A program made the translations under genes and the position numbers. Under the pieces are notes generated by a model. It searched no databases. It had not been told where the DNA came from and saw nothing but the letters and a program-made list of their open reading frames with translations. Shown here piece after piece: positions 29,031 through 38,303 of a stretch of 64,000 nucleotides of DNA. Each line of letters starts with the position of its first letter. The first letter of the stretch is position 1. This stretch comes from Eubacteriales bacterium (lineage in GTDB: Bacteria > Bacillota > Clostridia > Oscillospirales > CAG-382): assembly GCA_045652245.1 (NCBI GenBank), contig JAZRTY010000013.1, positions 1,533 through 65,532 on the forward strand, written 5' to 3'.

Positions 29031-29056
29031 AAAAAACGGCTTTTCAGCCGTTTTTT
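29031..29056. terminator. bidirectional terminator between dpaB and jag
   Basis: A6-CGGCT-tttc-AGCCG-T6. Confidence 0.75.
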
Positions 29057-29070
29057 ATATTTTTATTAAA

Positions 29071-29901
29071 TTATTCCTCATCAGAAGAAGCTTCATAAGA
29101 GTTATACGAATCATAATTTCTTCTGCCATAACCTCTGCTTCTTGAGTGCTTTGGCTTTATCGGATTTTCAGGAGTACCCAGGGCTATAACAACTCGTCTG
29201 TCGCTGTCAGAACCAATAGAGTAGGTGAATACCCCTTCATAGTCCTGAAGTTCTGCGTGAATAACCTTTCTCTCGTATGCGAGCATAGGCTCAAGAGTCA
29301 TATTTTTTTCGTACTTGAGAGCCTTTTCGGCCATTCTGCGAGCAAGAGCTTTGAGAGTTTCCTCTCTCTTTGCTCTGTAATTTTCAATATCAAGACAGAT
29401 TTTGATGTATTCCTTCTTTTCTTCGCCACTCTTTACCTTTCTGCCTGCAGCGATATTTGCAAGGTACTGAAGTGAGTCAAGAACGTCACCGTGTCTTCCG
29501 ATAAGTGAGCCAAGGTTTTCACCCTCAATTTCAACATAAACATTCTTTTCAGGGATTGACTTTCCTTCGGGAGTTTCAATTTCTGTCTTTACTATTTTTG
29601 CATGAGCGTTTATTCCGATATCTGAAATAATTGTTTCAAGAAGGTCAAGAGCTGCCTTTTCGGGAGATCCTTCGCCGACTTCAAATTCCTCTGACTCGTC
29701 GTGGCAATCACAACAATTACACTTTTGTTCACCTTCGCAGTAAACTTTAACCTTTGCATCTACTGCACCAAAGCCTAAAATACCCTTTTTACCTTCTTCG
29801 ATTATTTCATATTTTACTTCACTTGTGTCTCTTCCGAGCTTTTGCGCTCCAAGTGCTATTGCAGCATCTACTGTTTTGGCACTAACTATAATTTCTGACA
29901 T
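29071..29901 (-). CDS. jag: Jag/KhpB RNA-binding protein (Jag_N, KH, R3H)
   Basis: 276 aa with KH (GxxG-like IGRHG) and R3H (HAELQ...S.G) domains, downstream of yidC. Contains a Cys-rich insert, CNCCDCH. Confidence 0.85.
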   Translation of the reverse strand: MSEIIVSAKTVDAAIALGAQKLGRDTSEVKYEIIEEGKKGILGFGAVDAKVKVYCEGEQKCNCCDCHDESEEFEVGEGSPEKAALDLLETIISDIGINAHAKIVKTEIETPEGKSIPEKNVYVEIEGENLGSLIGRHGDVLDSLQYLANIAAGRKVKSGEEKKEYIKICLDIENYRAKREETLKALARRMAEKALKYEKNMTLEPMLAYERKVIHAELQDYEGVFTYSIGSDSDRRVVIALGTPENPIKPKHSRSRGYGRRNYDSYNSYEASSDEE

Positions 29902-29956
29902 TGTTTTACTTTCCTTTCGATTGAATGAAAATATAAATGTAGTTATTTTCTATAAT

Positions 29957-31075
29957 TTATGGGCGCTTCTTTGCGCGTGGCACCGTTCCGTGTGACTTAA
30001 CTCTTGCTCTGGCATGAGCTGAAATTTGCGCCTTGCGAACTACAGGAGCTTTCTTCGCATCTTTCTTAATAGGAGCTTTTTCCACAATTTCGGGAACAGG
30101 CTTTTTTTCAGAGGGTACACGCTTTTGCTTACCCTTAAGCTGTGCTTCGGCAGCCTTCAAGTCCTCATCTGTCATGGGAGGAACAGGGAATAACTTATAA
30201 AGAGCAAACTGCTGAGCAACACCAAGTACATTCTGAATTATCCAGTAAATACCGATACCTGCAGGAGTGATAAAACTAATCCAGAGCGACATTAAGGGCA
30301 TTGTAATGTCCATCATAGCCATTGATGATTTTGTTGCATTATCATCTCCCATAGAAGGCTGATATGTGAATTTTCTTGTAAGCTTCATAGAAAGGTATGA
30401 GAAAACTACAACGAGAATCGGAATTATAATAAGAGCATTGAGTCCGAAGGTAGGCGTTTCCATAAGGTTGAGACTAAAAAGTTCAAAACTGCTTGAAAGA
30501 TTTTCAAAAGCCGCTTCAACATTTGTTTCGATACCCTTAACGGTTACAGGAGAAGCGAGAAAATCCTTTATTGCAGTAGCAGATTCAGAGGTGAGAGTAC
30601 TGAAATCTGCGTGAAGAATTTTGTCAATCTGTACAATTTCCGTTGCAGCCTTATCGTCGATAAGACGAGCTACTTCTGTAAGCTTTGTTGTAAGCTCCTT
30701 CGGGAAACGAAGAAGGAAGGTTGCAGGTTTTATAATTACCTGATAAAGTGCAAAGAGAATCGGGAGCTGAATGAGCATTGGAAGACAGCCGGACGCAGGA
30801 TTGAAATTTTCCTTCTGATACAGCTGCATTATTTCTTCATTCATCTTCTGCTTTGAAACATTATCAGTTCTTCCTGCATATTTCTTTCTGATAATTGTTT
30901 CATAGGGACGAAGCTTTGCCTGCTTTATGGAGTTCTTTTGCTGCTTGATGCTGAAGGGGAAAAGAACAATTTTCATAAAAATAGCAAAGAGAATCAGCGT
31001 TACAACATAGTTCGGAGAGATAGAGTCTATCCATCTGAAGGGATATGCTATAATGCTACCGAGAAAATCGAGCAT
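29957..31075 (-). CDS. yidC: membrane protein insertase YidC/SpoIIIJ with long basic tail
   Basis: NPxxGCLPxLIQxPI motif and a conserved gene neighbourhood. Confidence 0.9.
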   Translation of the reverse strand: MLDFLGSIIAYPFRWIDSISPNYVVTLILFAIFMKIVLFPFSIKQQKNSIKQAKLRPYETIIRKKYAGRTDNVSKQKMNEEIMQLYQKENFNPASGCLPMLIQLPILFALYQVIIKPATFLLRFPKELTTKLTEVARLIDDKAATEIVQIDKILHADFSTLTSESATAIKDFLASPVTVKGIETNVEAAFENLSSSFELFSLNLMETPTFGLNALIIIPILVVVFSYLSMKLTRKFTYQPSMGDDNATKSSMAMMDITMPLMSLWISFITPAGIGIYWIIQNVLGVAQQFALYKLFPVPPMTDEDLKAAEAQLKGKQKRVPSEKKPVPEIVEKAPIKKDAKKAPVVRKAQISAHARARVKSHGTVPRAKKRP

Positions 31076-31151
31076 AGTTTTTTTACCATCCTTTTCTTAA
31101 AAATATTTATCCATCTGCACGAAAAGTGCAGTGATTTACGAATTTTGTACT

Positions 31152-31364
31152 TTACGGCACAGGGTCGTAGCCACCACGACAGAACGGGTTACAACGAAGA
31201 ATTCTCCATACCGTAAGATATGTTCCCTTGAAAAAACCGTATTTTGTATATGCTTCAAGTGCATACTGCGAACAGGTCGGAGTAAAACGACAGGTAGGCC
31301 GACCTTTCAGGGGAGAAATGAATTTTCTATAAAATTTTATAAGCAAAATAAGAATATGTGACAT
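31152..31364 (-). CDS. yidD: membrane protein insertion efficiency factor YidD
   Basis: 70 aa: CRFxPTCSxYxxEA and RCxPxxxGGxDPVP. Confidence 0.92.
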   Translation of the reverse strand: MSHILILLIKFYRKFISPLKGRPTCRFTPTCSQYALEAYTKYGFFKGTYLTVWRILRCNPFCRGGYDPVP

Positions 31365-31385
31365 ATTTTTCTGTAATTTTAAAAG

Positions 31386-31817
31386 TTATTTTGAGTTACT
31401 TGGTTTTGCCGGCTTTTTATTTGCACCGGAAGTTTTAGCTTTCAATGTTTGTCCTTTAAATACACCGAGATTATTAAAGGAGTTCTCAAGTAATTTTGCA
31501 ATACTTGTGGATTTTGCACTGTGCGAAAAAGCAGCACCTCTTGCGGCGATTACAATAAGAAGTCCGTCGGAAAGGTTATCAAAGTGTGGGTAACACCCTT
31601 CACGAATAATTCTTTTAACACGGTTACGCTGTACAGCACCACCGAGCTTTGCGTTTACTGCAATTCCGAGCTTGGTTTTTCGGGGAGTCCCGTCTTTGTT
31701 TCTTTTAATGTTTTTCAGAACATATACAGCACAAAGCTTATTTACATCACAAACGCCGTTTTTATATGCTTTCGAAAACAAATGATTTTCCGTCAAAGGA
31801 TTGAGTCTTTTATTCAA
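31386..31817 (-). CDS. rnpA: ribonuclease P protein component
   Basis: 143 aa: VxKKxGxAVxRNRxKRxxRE motif plus a Lys-rich C-terminal extension. Confidence 0.88.
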   Translation of the reverse strand: MNKRLNPLTENHLFSKAYKNGVCDVNKLCAVYVLKNIKRNKDGTPRKTKLGIAVNAKLGGAVQRNRVKRIIREGCYPHFDNLSDGLLIVIAARGAAFSHSAKSTSIAKLLENSFNNLGVFKGQTLKAKTSGANKKPAKPSNSK

Positions 31818-31958
31818 GTTTTAGTCTCCTTTGCTCTCGTTTTTTTGCTAAAAAACGCAATAAGAGGACGGCTACAAGTGCCATACATGGCAGTGCGGTG
31901 CAGCTCGCCCTCTTTAAAATTCAAAGTAAGTCCTGTAAATCAGCAACTTGTGTGCCAA

Positions 31959-32093
31959 TTAGTAGGTAAGTCTTGCTCTTCCTTTTGCGCGTCTTCTCTT
32001 GAGTACTTTTCTTCCGTTAGCGGTTCTCATACGCTTTCTGAAGCCGTGCTCAACTTTTCTTGTGCGTTTTTTTGGTTGGTATGTTCTCTTCAT
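31959..32093 (-). CDS. rpmH: 50S ribosomal protein L34
   Basis: Not in the ORF track (44 aa). My own translation gives [44 protein letters not shown]. Confidence 0.95.
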   Translation of the reverse strand: MKRTYQPKKRTRKVEHGFRKRMRTANGRKVLKRRRAKGRARLTY

Positions 32094-32140
32094 CAACTCG
32101 CACCTCGCTTTCTGAATACATATTTTGCCGATATACTGAT

Positions 32141-32169
32141 ATTATAATATATCTGAGAATTTTTGTCAA
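32141..32169 (-). promoter_or_regulatory. sigma-A type promoter of rpmH-rnpA
   Basis: On the minus strand: TTGACA (32169-32164), 17 nt, TATAAT (32146-32141). Confidence 0.65.
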
Positions 32170-32221
32170 GAGTTTTTTTGTATTTTTAATAAAAATTTAT
32201 TATTTTTAATAAGGCGTACAC

Positions 32222-32252
32222 AAAAAACAGCTTCCGGAATTGTCGGAAGCTG
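32222..32252 (-). terminator. terminator of the small acidic-tail protein gene
   Basis: CAGCTTCCG / CGGAAGCTG stem flanked by A6 and T5. Confidence 0.75.
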
Positions 32253-32262
32253 TTTTTCTGCA

Positions 32263-32526
32263 TTAGATGTTTTTGTCGAGGTTATCAAGTTCGTCGATTG
32301 TTTCGGAAAGGAGGTCATCCTCTTCTTCAACCGGTACTTCTTCCCATGTAATATCATCTTCGAAATCCTCATCGAAATCGTCATAGTCATCAAAATTAAC
32401 ATCTGCAGGCTTCTTTGTTACAGATAAATTGAAATTTACGGTGTACTTTTTGATAAAAACAGCTACTGCTGCGGCAACACCGATTGCAATTGCAATTGCT
32501 CCGATAATTGTAAGTGTGTTTTTCAT
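32263..32526 (-). CDS. small single-pass membrane protein with highly acidic C-terminal tail
   Basis: 87 aa. Strong RBS (AAGGAGGA), one N-terminal TM helix, and a D/E-rich tail (DDYDDFDEDFEDD...EEEDD). Confidence 0.65.
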   Translation of the reverse strand: MKNTLTIIGAIAIAIGVAAAVAVFIKKYTVNFNLSVTKKPADVNFDDYDDFDEDFEDDITWEEVPVEEEDDLLSETIDELDNLDKNI

Positions 32527-32654
32527 AATAATATATCCTCCTTAAAATAGTATATACAGTTTTTATTCTTTAATTACATTGTACAGAATAAAGTTTAAAT
32601 AAAATTGAATATTTTGTATATTTATATAGAATTTAATGTAAATTGTTGTAAAAT

Positions 32655-32686
32655 CAAAAGGGCTGTTGCGAGGTGTGCAACAGCCC
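32655..32686 (-). terminator. terminator of tyrS
   Basis: GGGCTGTTGC / GCAACAGCCC 10-bp stem. Confidence 0.7.
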
Positions 32687-32693
32687 TGAAAAA

Positions 32694-33917
32694 TTATGCA
32701 ATTACAATTTTAGCAAAGTTCTTTTTACCTCTGCGAAGAACAAAATCCCCTGCTGTAATTTCATCCTTTGTGTAGGTCTTTTTTACGTCTGTAACTTTTT
32801 CACCGTTAACGGTAGCGCCACCCTGCTCAACTGCACGTCTTGCTTCTGAACGGGAAGTTACAAGCTTTGCATTAACGAGAAGCGTAAGGATATCAATGCT
32901 TCCGTCTGCAAAATCTGCGTCAGTTATTTCTGCTGTCGGCATATTCTCGGTACTTGCACCCGAGAAAAGTGCTCTTGCTGCATCCTGCGCCTTTCTTGCT
33001 TCTTCTTCACCGTGAACGAGCTTTGTGAGTTCGTAAGCGAGAATTTCTTTTGCTTCGTTAAGACGGCTTCCTTCCCAGGCATCCATCTTATCAATCTCCT
33101 CAAGTGGCAGGAAGGTGAGCATTCTGATGCACTTGAGAACGTCATTATCACCGACATTTCTCCAATACTGATAGAATTCGAACGGACTTGTCTTATTAGG
33201 GTCAAGCCAAACTGCACCGTTTGCTGTTTTCCCCATCTTCTTACCCTCAGAGTTGAGAAGAAGTGTGATTGTCATAGCATATGCGTCTTTTCCGAGCTTC
33301 TTTCTTATAAGCTCAGTACCACCAAGCATATTTGACCACTGGTCGTCACCACCAAACTGCATATTACAACCGTAGTTCTGATAAAGGTGATAGAAGTCAT
33401 AGGACTGCATAATCATATAGTTGAATTCGAGGAAGGAAAGACCTTTTTCCATTCTCTGCTTGTAACACTCAGCTCTGAGCATATTATTAACAGAGAAACA
33501 AGCACCTACCTCACGAAGCAAATCGATGTAGTTAAGCTTCAGAAGCCAGTCTGCGTTGTTAACCATTATTGCTTTATCAGGACCAAATTCGATAAATTTT
33601 TCCATTTGTGCCTTGAAGCAGTCACAGTTATGCTGGATAATTTCGGGAGTCATCATACTTCTCATATCAGTTCTACCCGATGGGTCACCGATATAACCTG
33701 TACCACCACCGATGAGTACTACCGGCTTGTTACCTGCCATCTGAAGTCTTTTCATAAGGCAAAGCGCCATAAAATGTCCTACATGCAGTGAATCTGCCGT
33801 CGGGTCAAAGCCAATATAGAAGGTCGCCTTTCCGTTGTTTACAAGCTCGCGGATTTCTTCTTCGTCTGTCAGCTGTGCAATAAGTCCTCTTGCTCGGAGT
33901 TCTTCGTAAATTTTCAT
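32694..33917 (-). CDS. tyrS: tyrosine--tRNA ligase
   Basis: 407 aa: HVGH, KMGKT (KMSKS variant) and a C-terminal S4 domain. Confidence 0.93.
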   Translation of the reverse strand: MKIYEELRARGLIAQLTDEEEIRELVNNGKATFYIGFDPTADSLHVGHFMALCLMKRLQMAGNKPVVLIGGGTGYIGDPSGRTDMRSMMTPEIIQHNCDCFKAQMEKFIEFGPDKAIMVNNADWLLKLNYIDLLREVGACFSVNNMLRAECYKQRMEKGLSFLEFNYMIMQSYDFYHLYQNYGCNMQFGGDDQWSNMLGGTELIRKKLGKDAYAMTITLLLNSEGKKMGKTANGAVWLDPNKTSPFEFYQYWRNVGDNDVLKCIRMLTFLPLEEIDKMDAWEGSRLNEAKEILAYELTKLVHGEEEARKAQDAARALFSGASTENMPTAEITDADFADGSIDILTLLVNAKLVTSRSEARRAVEQGGATVNGEKVTDVKKTYTKDEITAGDFVLRRGKKNFAKIVIA

Positions 33918-33935
33918 TATTTTTTTCCTTACTTT

Positions 33936-34784
33936 TTATTTGTTTTTTATAAATTTTGCTTTTTTAGGGAGATTTTCCATCCAGTAAACAGCACTGTCAA
34001 TCCAACTCTCAATTGCACTGTCAACCCAGGAGTCATTACCACACTTTGTAATATTGTTTCCTAGTGCAACACCGTGAGGAGCATCGGGGTATATGTGAAG
34101 CTCAAAGGTGAGATTTGCGTCTGCATACGCCTTTGCAAGTGCCAATGAATTATAGACCGGAACGGTACAGTCGTTTGCTGTATGCATCAGGAATATCGGA
34201 CTTGAATCAGCATTTACGTGTTTTTCAAGACAAACCCTGTCAAGCATTTCCTGTGTCGGATTTTCACATCTTAAAAGATTTTTAAGAGTACCCGGAAGCA
34301 TATCCGGAGGAGTACAGGTTATTACCGGATATATAGGCAGAATACCTGTCGGCTTATTGTAACCGTAGGGCATATCAATAGCTTCATATATTTCGGGAAG
34401 ATTCCAGAGAATACCGGTGCACGCACAAAGGTGTCCGCCTGCCGAAAAGCCTGTTACGAAAACCTGTTCTTTGTCTATACCGTACCTTTCGGCATTATCC
34501 TTTATATGCTTTATAGCACGGGAAGCTTCAATCAGCTGTGTCGGGAACTTCTTGTCGTCATTGTTTGAAATAACCGAATAGCTGAGCACAAAAGCATTAA
34601 AACCTGCATTCAGAAAAGCCAGAGCAATCGGCTCACCCTCTCTCTCGGAACATATAGAGCGATAAGCTCCACCGGGAATTACAAGAATTGCCTTACGTGT
34701 ATAACCTTGTATCTTATCTGCAATATAGGCATCAAGATAAGCATTCGGATTTTCTTCGTTTAAAAAAATCTTTTCAATATACAT
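33936..34784 (-). CDS. alpha/beta hydrolase (acetyl-esterase-like), paralog 1
   Basis: 282 aa: GFSAGGH nucleophile elbow, with ANDxxVP and APHG completing the triad. Confidence 0.8.
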   Translation of the reverse strand: MYIEKIFLNEENPNAYLDAYIADKIQGYTRKAILVIPGGAYRSICSEREGEPIALAFLNAGFNAFVLSYSVISNNDDKKFPTQLIEASRAIKHIKDNAERYGIDKEQVFVTGFSAGGHLCACTGILWNLPEIYEAIDMPYGYNKPTGILPIYPVITCTPPDMLPGTLKNLLRCENPTQEMLDRVCLEKHVNADSSPIFLMHTANDCTVPVYNSLALAKAYADANLTFELHIYPDAPHGVALGNNITKCGNDSWVDSAIESWIDSAVYWMENLPKKAKFIKNK

Positions 34785-34796
34785 CTCGGTTATCTG

Positions 34797-35648
34797 TTAT
34801 TTATTCGGTCTGATTTTCTTTGCCTTTTCATTAACGTGCTTTGCCCAGTAGGAAGCGTTTTCAACCCATTTTCCAACCTGAGGGTCATTCCATACAGGAT
34901 TGCCACGCATTGTAATTTCATTACCGAGTGCCGGACCGTGAGGAGAATCGGGATAAACGTGAAGCTCAAATGTGAGGTTTGCCTCAGCATATGCCTTACA
35001 AAGAGCAAGAGGACCTGTAACAGGAGCGATTATATCGTTTGCACCACAGGAAATAAAGAGAGGACTTGCTTCCTCTGTTACGTGTCTGTCAACACAAACT
35101 CTGTCGAACTGTTCCTCTGTAATTTCTTCTTCCTGTCTCCATACTCTCTTGAGGCTCTTTTCGGTTGAATAGTCATTTATAACAGGGTATATCGGCATAA
35201 TACCGGTAGGCTTATTGTAGCCGTAGGGCATATCAATAGCTTCGTAAATTTCAGGAAGATTCCACATAACACCCAGTGACGCGCAAAGATGTCCACCAGC
35301 CGAGAAACCAACTGCAAAAACCTGCTCAGGGTCAATGTTGTATTCTTCTGCGTTGTCTCTTATGTGCTTCATTGCACGGGAAGCTTCAATAAGCTGTGCT
35401 GGGAAAATCTCGGTTTCGTTGTTTGTAATTACCGAATAATTAAGTATAAAAGCATTAAAGCCTTGAGCCATAAAAGCCTGAGCTACAACTTCTCCTTCAA
35501 TACTTTTGCAAAGCTGATAGTAGCCGCCACCCGGAATTACGAGAATAGCTCTTCTTGTAAAGTTTGGTGATTTTTCTGCTACATAAACTTCGAGGTACGC
35601 GTTTTCGTTTTTTTCGCTCATTGGAATTTTCTTGTAAAGCATAATCAA
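34797..35648 (-). CDS. alpha/beta hydrolase (acetyl-esterase-like), paralog 2
   Basis: 283 aa, colinear with paralog 1 and sharing long identical blocks (WNLPEIYEAIDMPYGYNKPTGI). Confidence 0.8.
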   Translation of the reverse strand: MIMLYKKIPMSEKNENAYLEVYVAEKSPNFTRRAILVIPGGGYYQLCKSIEGEVVAQAFMAQGFNAFILNYSVITNNETEIFPAQLIEASRAMKHIRDNAEEYNIDPEQVFAVGFSAGGHLCASLGVMWNLPEIYEAIDMPYGYNKPTGIMPIYPVINDYSTEKSLKRVWRQEEEITEEQFDRVCVDRHVTEEASPLFISCGANDIIAPVTGPLALCKAYAEANLTFELHVYPDSPHGPALGNEITMRGNPVWNDPQVGKWVENASYWAKHVNEKAKKIRPNK

Positions 35649-35877
35649 TTCTCCGTATTCTTTTAAAAATTTATGTGAAAAACATATATTATCACAAATG
35701 CGATTATATCATAAACATTGTTGTTTGTCAAGCGTTTTGGGGAATTTTGACAAGCCTGAATGGCGATATTTACCATCATACGACAATTTTTGATAATTGA
35801 TTATTTTTACTTGAAAAAGCAGTGGTATTATGTTATAATAAACGGGTTATTTCAAAATAATTAAAGGATGATTATTT

Positions 35878-38208
35878 TTGGCATTTGAAAAAACTGTAGA
35901 TTATGACAAACTGTCGCTTTGTTGTGCTTCTTTTAGCATTTCGGTATTTGCATTTCTCGGAGGGGACACAATAAGTGCTGTTGTCAGCAGCGTAATATTT
36001 CTGCTTTCGGCGATTACCTCGCTTTTGCTTTGTGTTAGCCAAAAACTTCGCAGTAAGAGTTTGATTGTATTTTTAATTTGCCTGTTTGCGTTTGCAGGTA
36101 CGGCTTATGCGATTATCTCAAGAAATATAAATTACCTTCCTGCCGAGAAGCTTCTTTCTGAATATGAAGGACTCGAATGTACACTCGAAGCTGAAATAAC
36201 ACGCATTTCCTCGTCCGGAAATAATTATTCTATCTATGACGCAAAGCTCCTTGAAATAAACGGTAAGGAAACCGGTTCACCTCTTGGCGTAACTCCGAAA
36301 ATCCGTATTTCGAGCTTCGGTGAGGATTTTCTGAAGGCAGGGGATACCGTCAGCTTTTCCGGAATACTCGAAAAACCCGAAAGTACCCTTGAGGATGGCT
36401 TTGAATTCAGAAAATATCTTGAATCAAAGGCTGTGTTTTTGTGTTGTACCTTGCAAGGGGATTTTACTGTAGTTTCACAGGGAAAGGTCGGTATAATTTC
36501 CAAAATGCAGGACAAGCTGAAAATCGGCTTTATGAAATATATAGGGAACGGCAGAAAAAGCTATGAGACAAACATTTCCTCCTGTATGCTCTTTGGAGAT
36601 AAAAGTGGAATAGATGACTACTTAGACGGTATTTTTCGTGGAAGTGGACTTTCACATATTCTTAGTGTTTCGGGTTTGCATCTTTCTATCCTCTTTGGTG
36701 TTATTATGGGGCTTATGGGGCTTTCGGGAAATAAACGCAAAAGACGCAGATTCCCGTTTTCCGAGCTTGTTGCCTGTGTTATTGCCTTTACATATATGCT
36801 GTTTTCGGGCTTTTCGCCGTCGATTATGAGGGCAGGCTTTATGCTCATTTGCGCAAATATTCTGAGCTTTGTCGCATATTATTACCGAAAGCTCAGAAGT
36901 GCCGGAACGCCTGATACGTTTGTTGAGTATACTTCACTTTCCTCACTTCTTGGCTCGCTTTTTATAATTTGTATTATTTCTCCGTATTCGGTATATGATA
37001 TAGGGCTTCAGCTGTCCTTTATGTCAAGCCTCGGAATAATACTTGTAATGCCCCTTTATGATGAGGTAAAAGACAAAATAAAGCCAAAATTCTTAAACTA
37101 TATTATTTCACCGATAGTTGTCACCTTGTCGGCAATTTCCTTTACCTTTCCGATTATGGCATACAGCTTCGGGACATTTTCCTCGGTATCGGTATTTTCA
37201 AATCTTGCCACAGCCTTTATTGCAACGCCTTACCTTGCGCTTCTTTTATTCCTTGCAATATTTATCCTGCTTCCGGCAGGTACGCTTACTCATATAATCT
37301 GTGAAACTTTAGGTGCTGTTTGCGACTTTTTTGCAACTCTCGTTCTGGAAATTGCAGAGTATTTTTCTTCGTTTGAATTTTCCGTAATTGATATGGAATT
37401 TGATACGGGAATTTTCATAGTTTTCTTTTCCTGCGTAATGCTCACAGTTTTTGCGTCAATATTCAAAGTTCAAAACATAATCAAAATACTTTGTTCGGTA
37501 ATTCTTGCATTACTTGTCTTTTCCTTTTCTATCGGTTTTACAACAACTGTTGTAAGCTTTTATACTCCGACACTTCGTGCTTGTACTCTTTCAAAGCTCC
37601 CGTATGCTATGCTTTCTGTTGGGGATACAAGAATTACTTTTGATTTCGGAGAGGGTCTTTCTAAAATTTCGCAAAATCAGGAATTACTCGGCAAAAGTTA
37701 CTATGAAACAAATAATATCTATGTTGTAGCACCACGTGAAGCTTCGGGGCTTTACGATATTTATTACAATGTTCTGTTCTTTGAAAAATATTGTGATATA
37801 GATACGTTACTTCTTCCGGGGATTGACGCAATTCGTGCTTGCAATATAGACGAGGAAGCTTACAAGGAACTTGTTGTGAAGCTATATGAGGATGATGGCT
37901 ATACACTTCAATTCTATGAAAAGAAAATAGAAGTGTCGGATATGGAAATAGAGCTTTCTCTTGGAAAGGAAAATACCGAAATTTATGCAGAGAGCTTTGC
38001 AATTGTTTATTCGGATAACTATGATGAAGCACTGTCTGTCGAGGCTTCAAAAAAGGCGGATAATACAATTTATTTCTGCAATAGCGCAAAAGACGTCGAA
38101 AAGGGAGAGAGAAAACCGAAAACAAACCTTTATGTAAGTTCACACTGTGCAAAATATGTAGAGGACGCAGAGAAAATTCAGACACAGAAGATAATGGAAA
38201 TAAGATAA
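35878..38208 (+). CDS. comEC: ComEC/Rec2 family competence channel protein
   Basis: 776 aa with a TTG start. N-terminal TM/OB region and the competence domain GLSHILSVSGLHLSILFG. The C-terminal ~230 aa lack an HxHxDH metallo-beta-lactamase motif. Confidence 0.8.
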   Translation: MAFEKTVDYDKLSLCCASFSISVFAFLGGDTISAVVSSVIFLLSAITSLLLCVSQKLRSKSLIVFLICLFAFAGTAYAIISRNINYLPAEKLLSEYEGLECTLEAEITRISSSGNNYSIYDAKLLEINGKETGSPLGVTPKIRISSFGEDFLKAGDTVSFSGILEKPESTLEDGFEFRKYLESKAVFLCCTLQGDFTVVSQGKVGIISKMQDKLKIGFMKYIGNGRKSYETNISSCMLFGDKSGIDDYLDGIFRGSGLSHILSVSGLHLSILFGVIMGLMGLSGNKRKRRRFPFSELVACVIAFTYMLFSGFSPSIMRAGFMLICANILSFVAYYYRKLRSAGTPDTFVEYTSLSSLLGSLFIICIISPYSVYDIGLQLSFMSSLGIILVMPLYDEVKDKIKPKFLNYIISPIVVTLSAISFTFPIMAYSFGTFSSVSVFSNLATAFIATPYLALLLFLAIFILLPAGTLTHIICETLGAVCDFFATLVLEIAEYFSSFEFSVIDMEFDTGIFIVFFSCVMLTVFASIFKVQNIIKILCSVILALLVFSFSIGFTTTVVSFYTPTLRACTLSKLPYAMLSVGDTRITFDFGEGLSKISQNQELLGKSYYETNNIYVVAPREASGLYDIYYNVLFFEKYCDIDTLLLPGIDAIRACNIDEEAYKELVVKLYEDDGYTLQFYEKKIEVSDMEIELSLGKENTEIYAESFAIVYSDNYDEALSVEASKKADNTIYFCNSAKDVEKGERKPKTNLYVSSHCAKYVEDAEKIQTQKIMEIR

Positions 38209-38303
38209 AGTTTATTTTATTTCGACTTTTTTGTAACCATTTGTCTATATTATTGTGTTAAAATTGTTATGAATGTTAATATTCTTATTGAAAGGAATTA
38301 TAT

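Noticed and set aside
28841-29032. 63-aa minus-strand ORF (…LTPSPTGEGFF…)
   Set aside because: It is a translation of the REP-like hairpins and the 3' end of dpaB, so it is not a gene.
31521-32147. 208-aa plus-strand ORF spanning rnpA and rpmH
   Set aside because: It is antisense to two strongly supported conserved genes (RnpA, L34), has no RBS and gives a low-complexity translation. It is a shadow ORF.
32094-32262. Possible oriC next to rpmH (also considered 35649-35877, the strand-switch region)
   Set aside because: No dnaA gene is present, and I found no clustered DnaA boxes by eye. The only near matches are TTATCACAA and TGTGAAAAA. The region is explained by the rpmH promoter and a terminator.
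33918-33935. T-box leader for tyrS
   Set aside because: Only 18 nt separate tyrS from the upstream gene. The conserved T-box core is also absent from 35649-35877.
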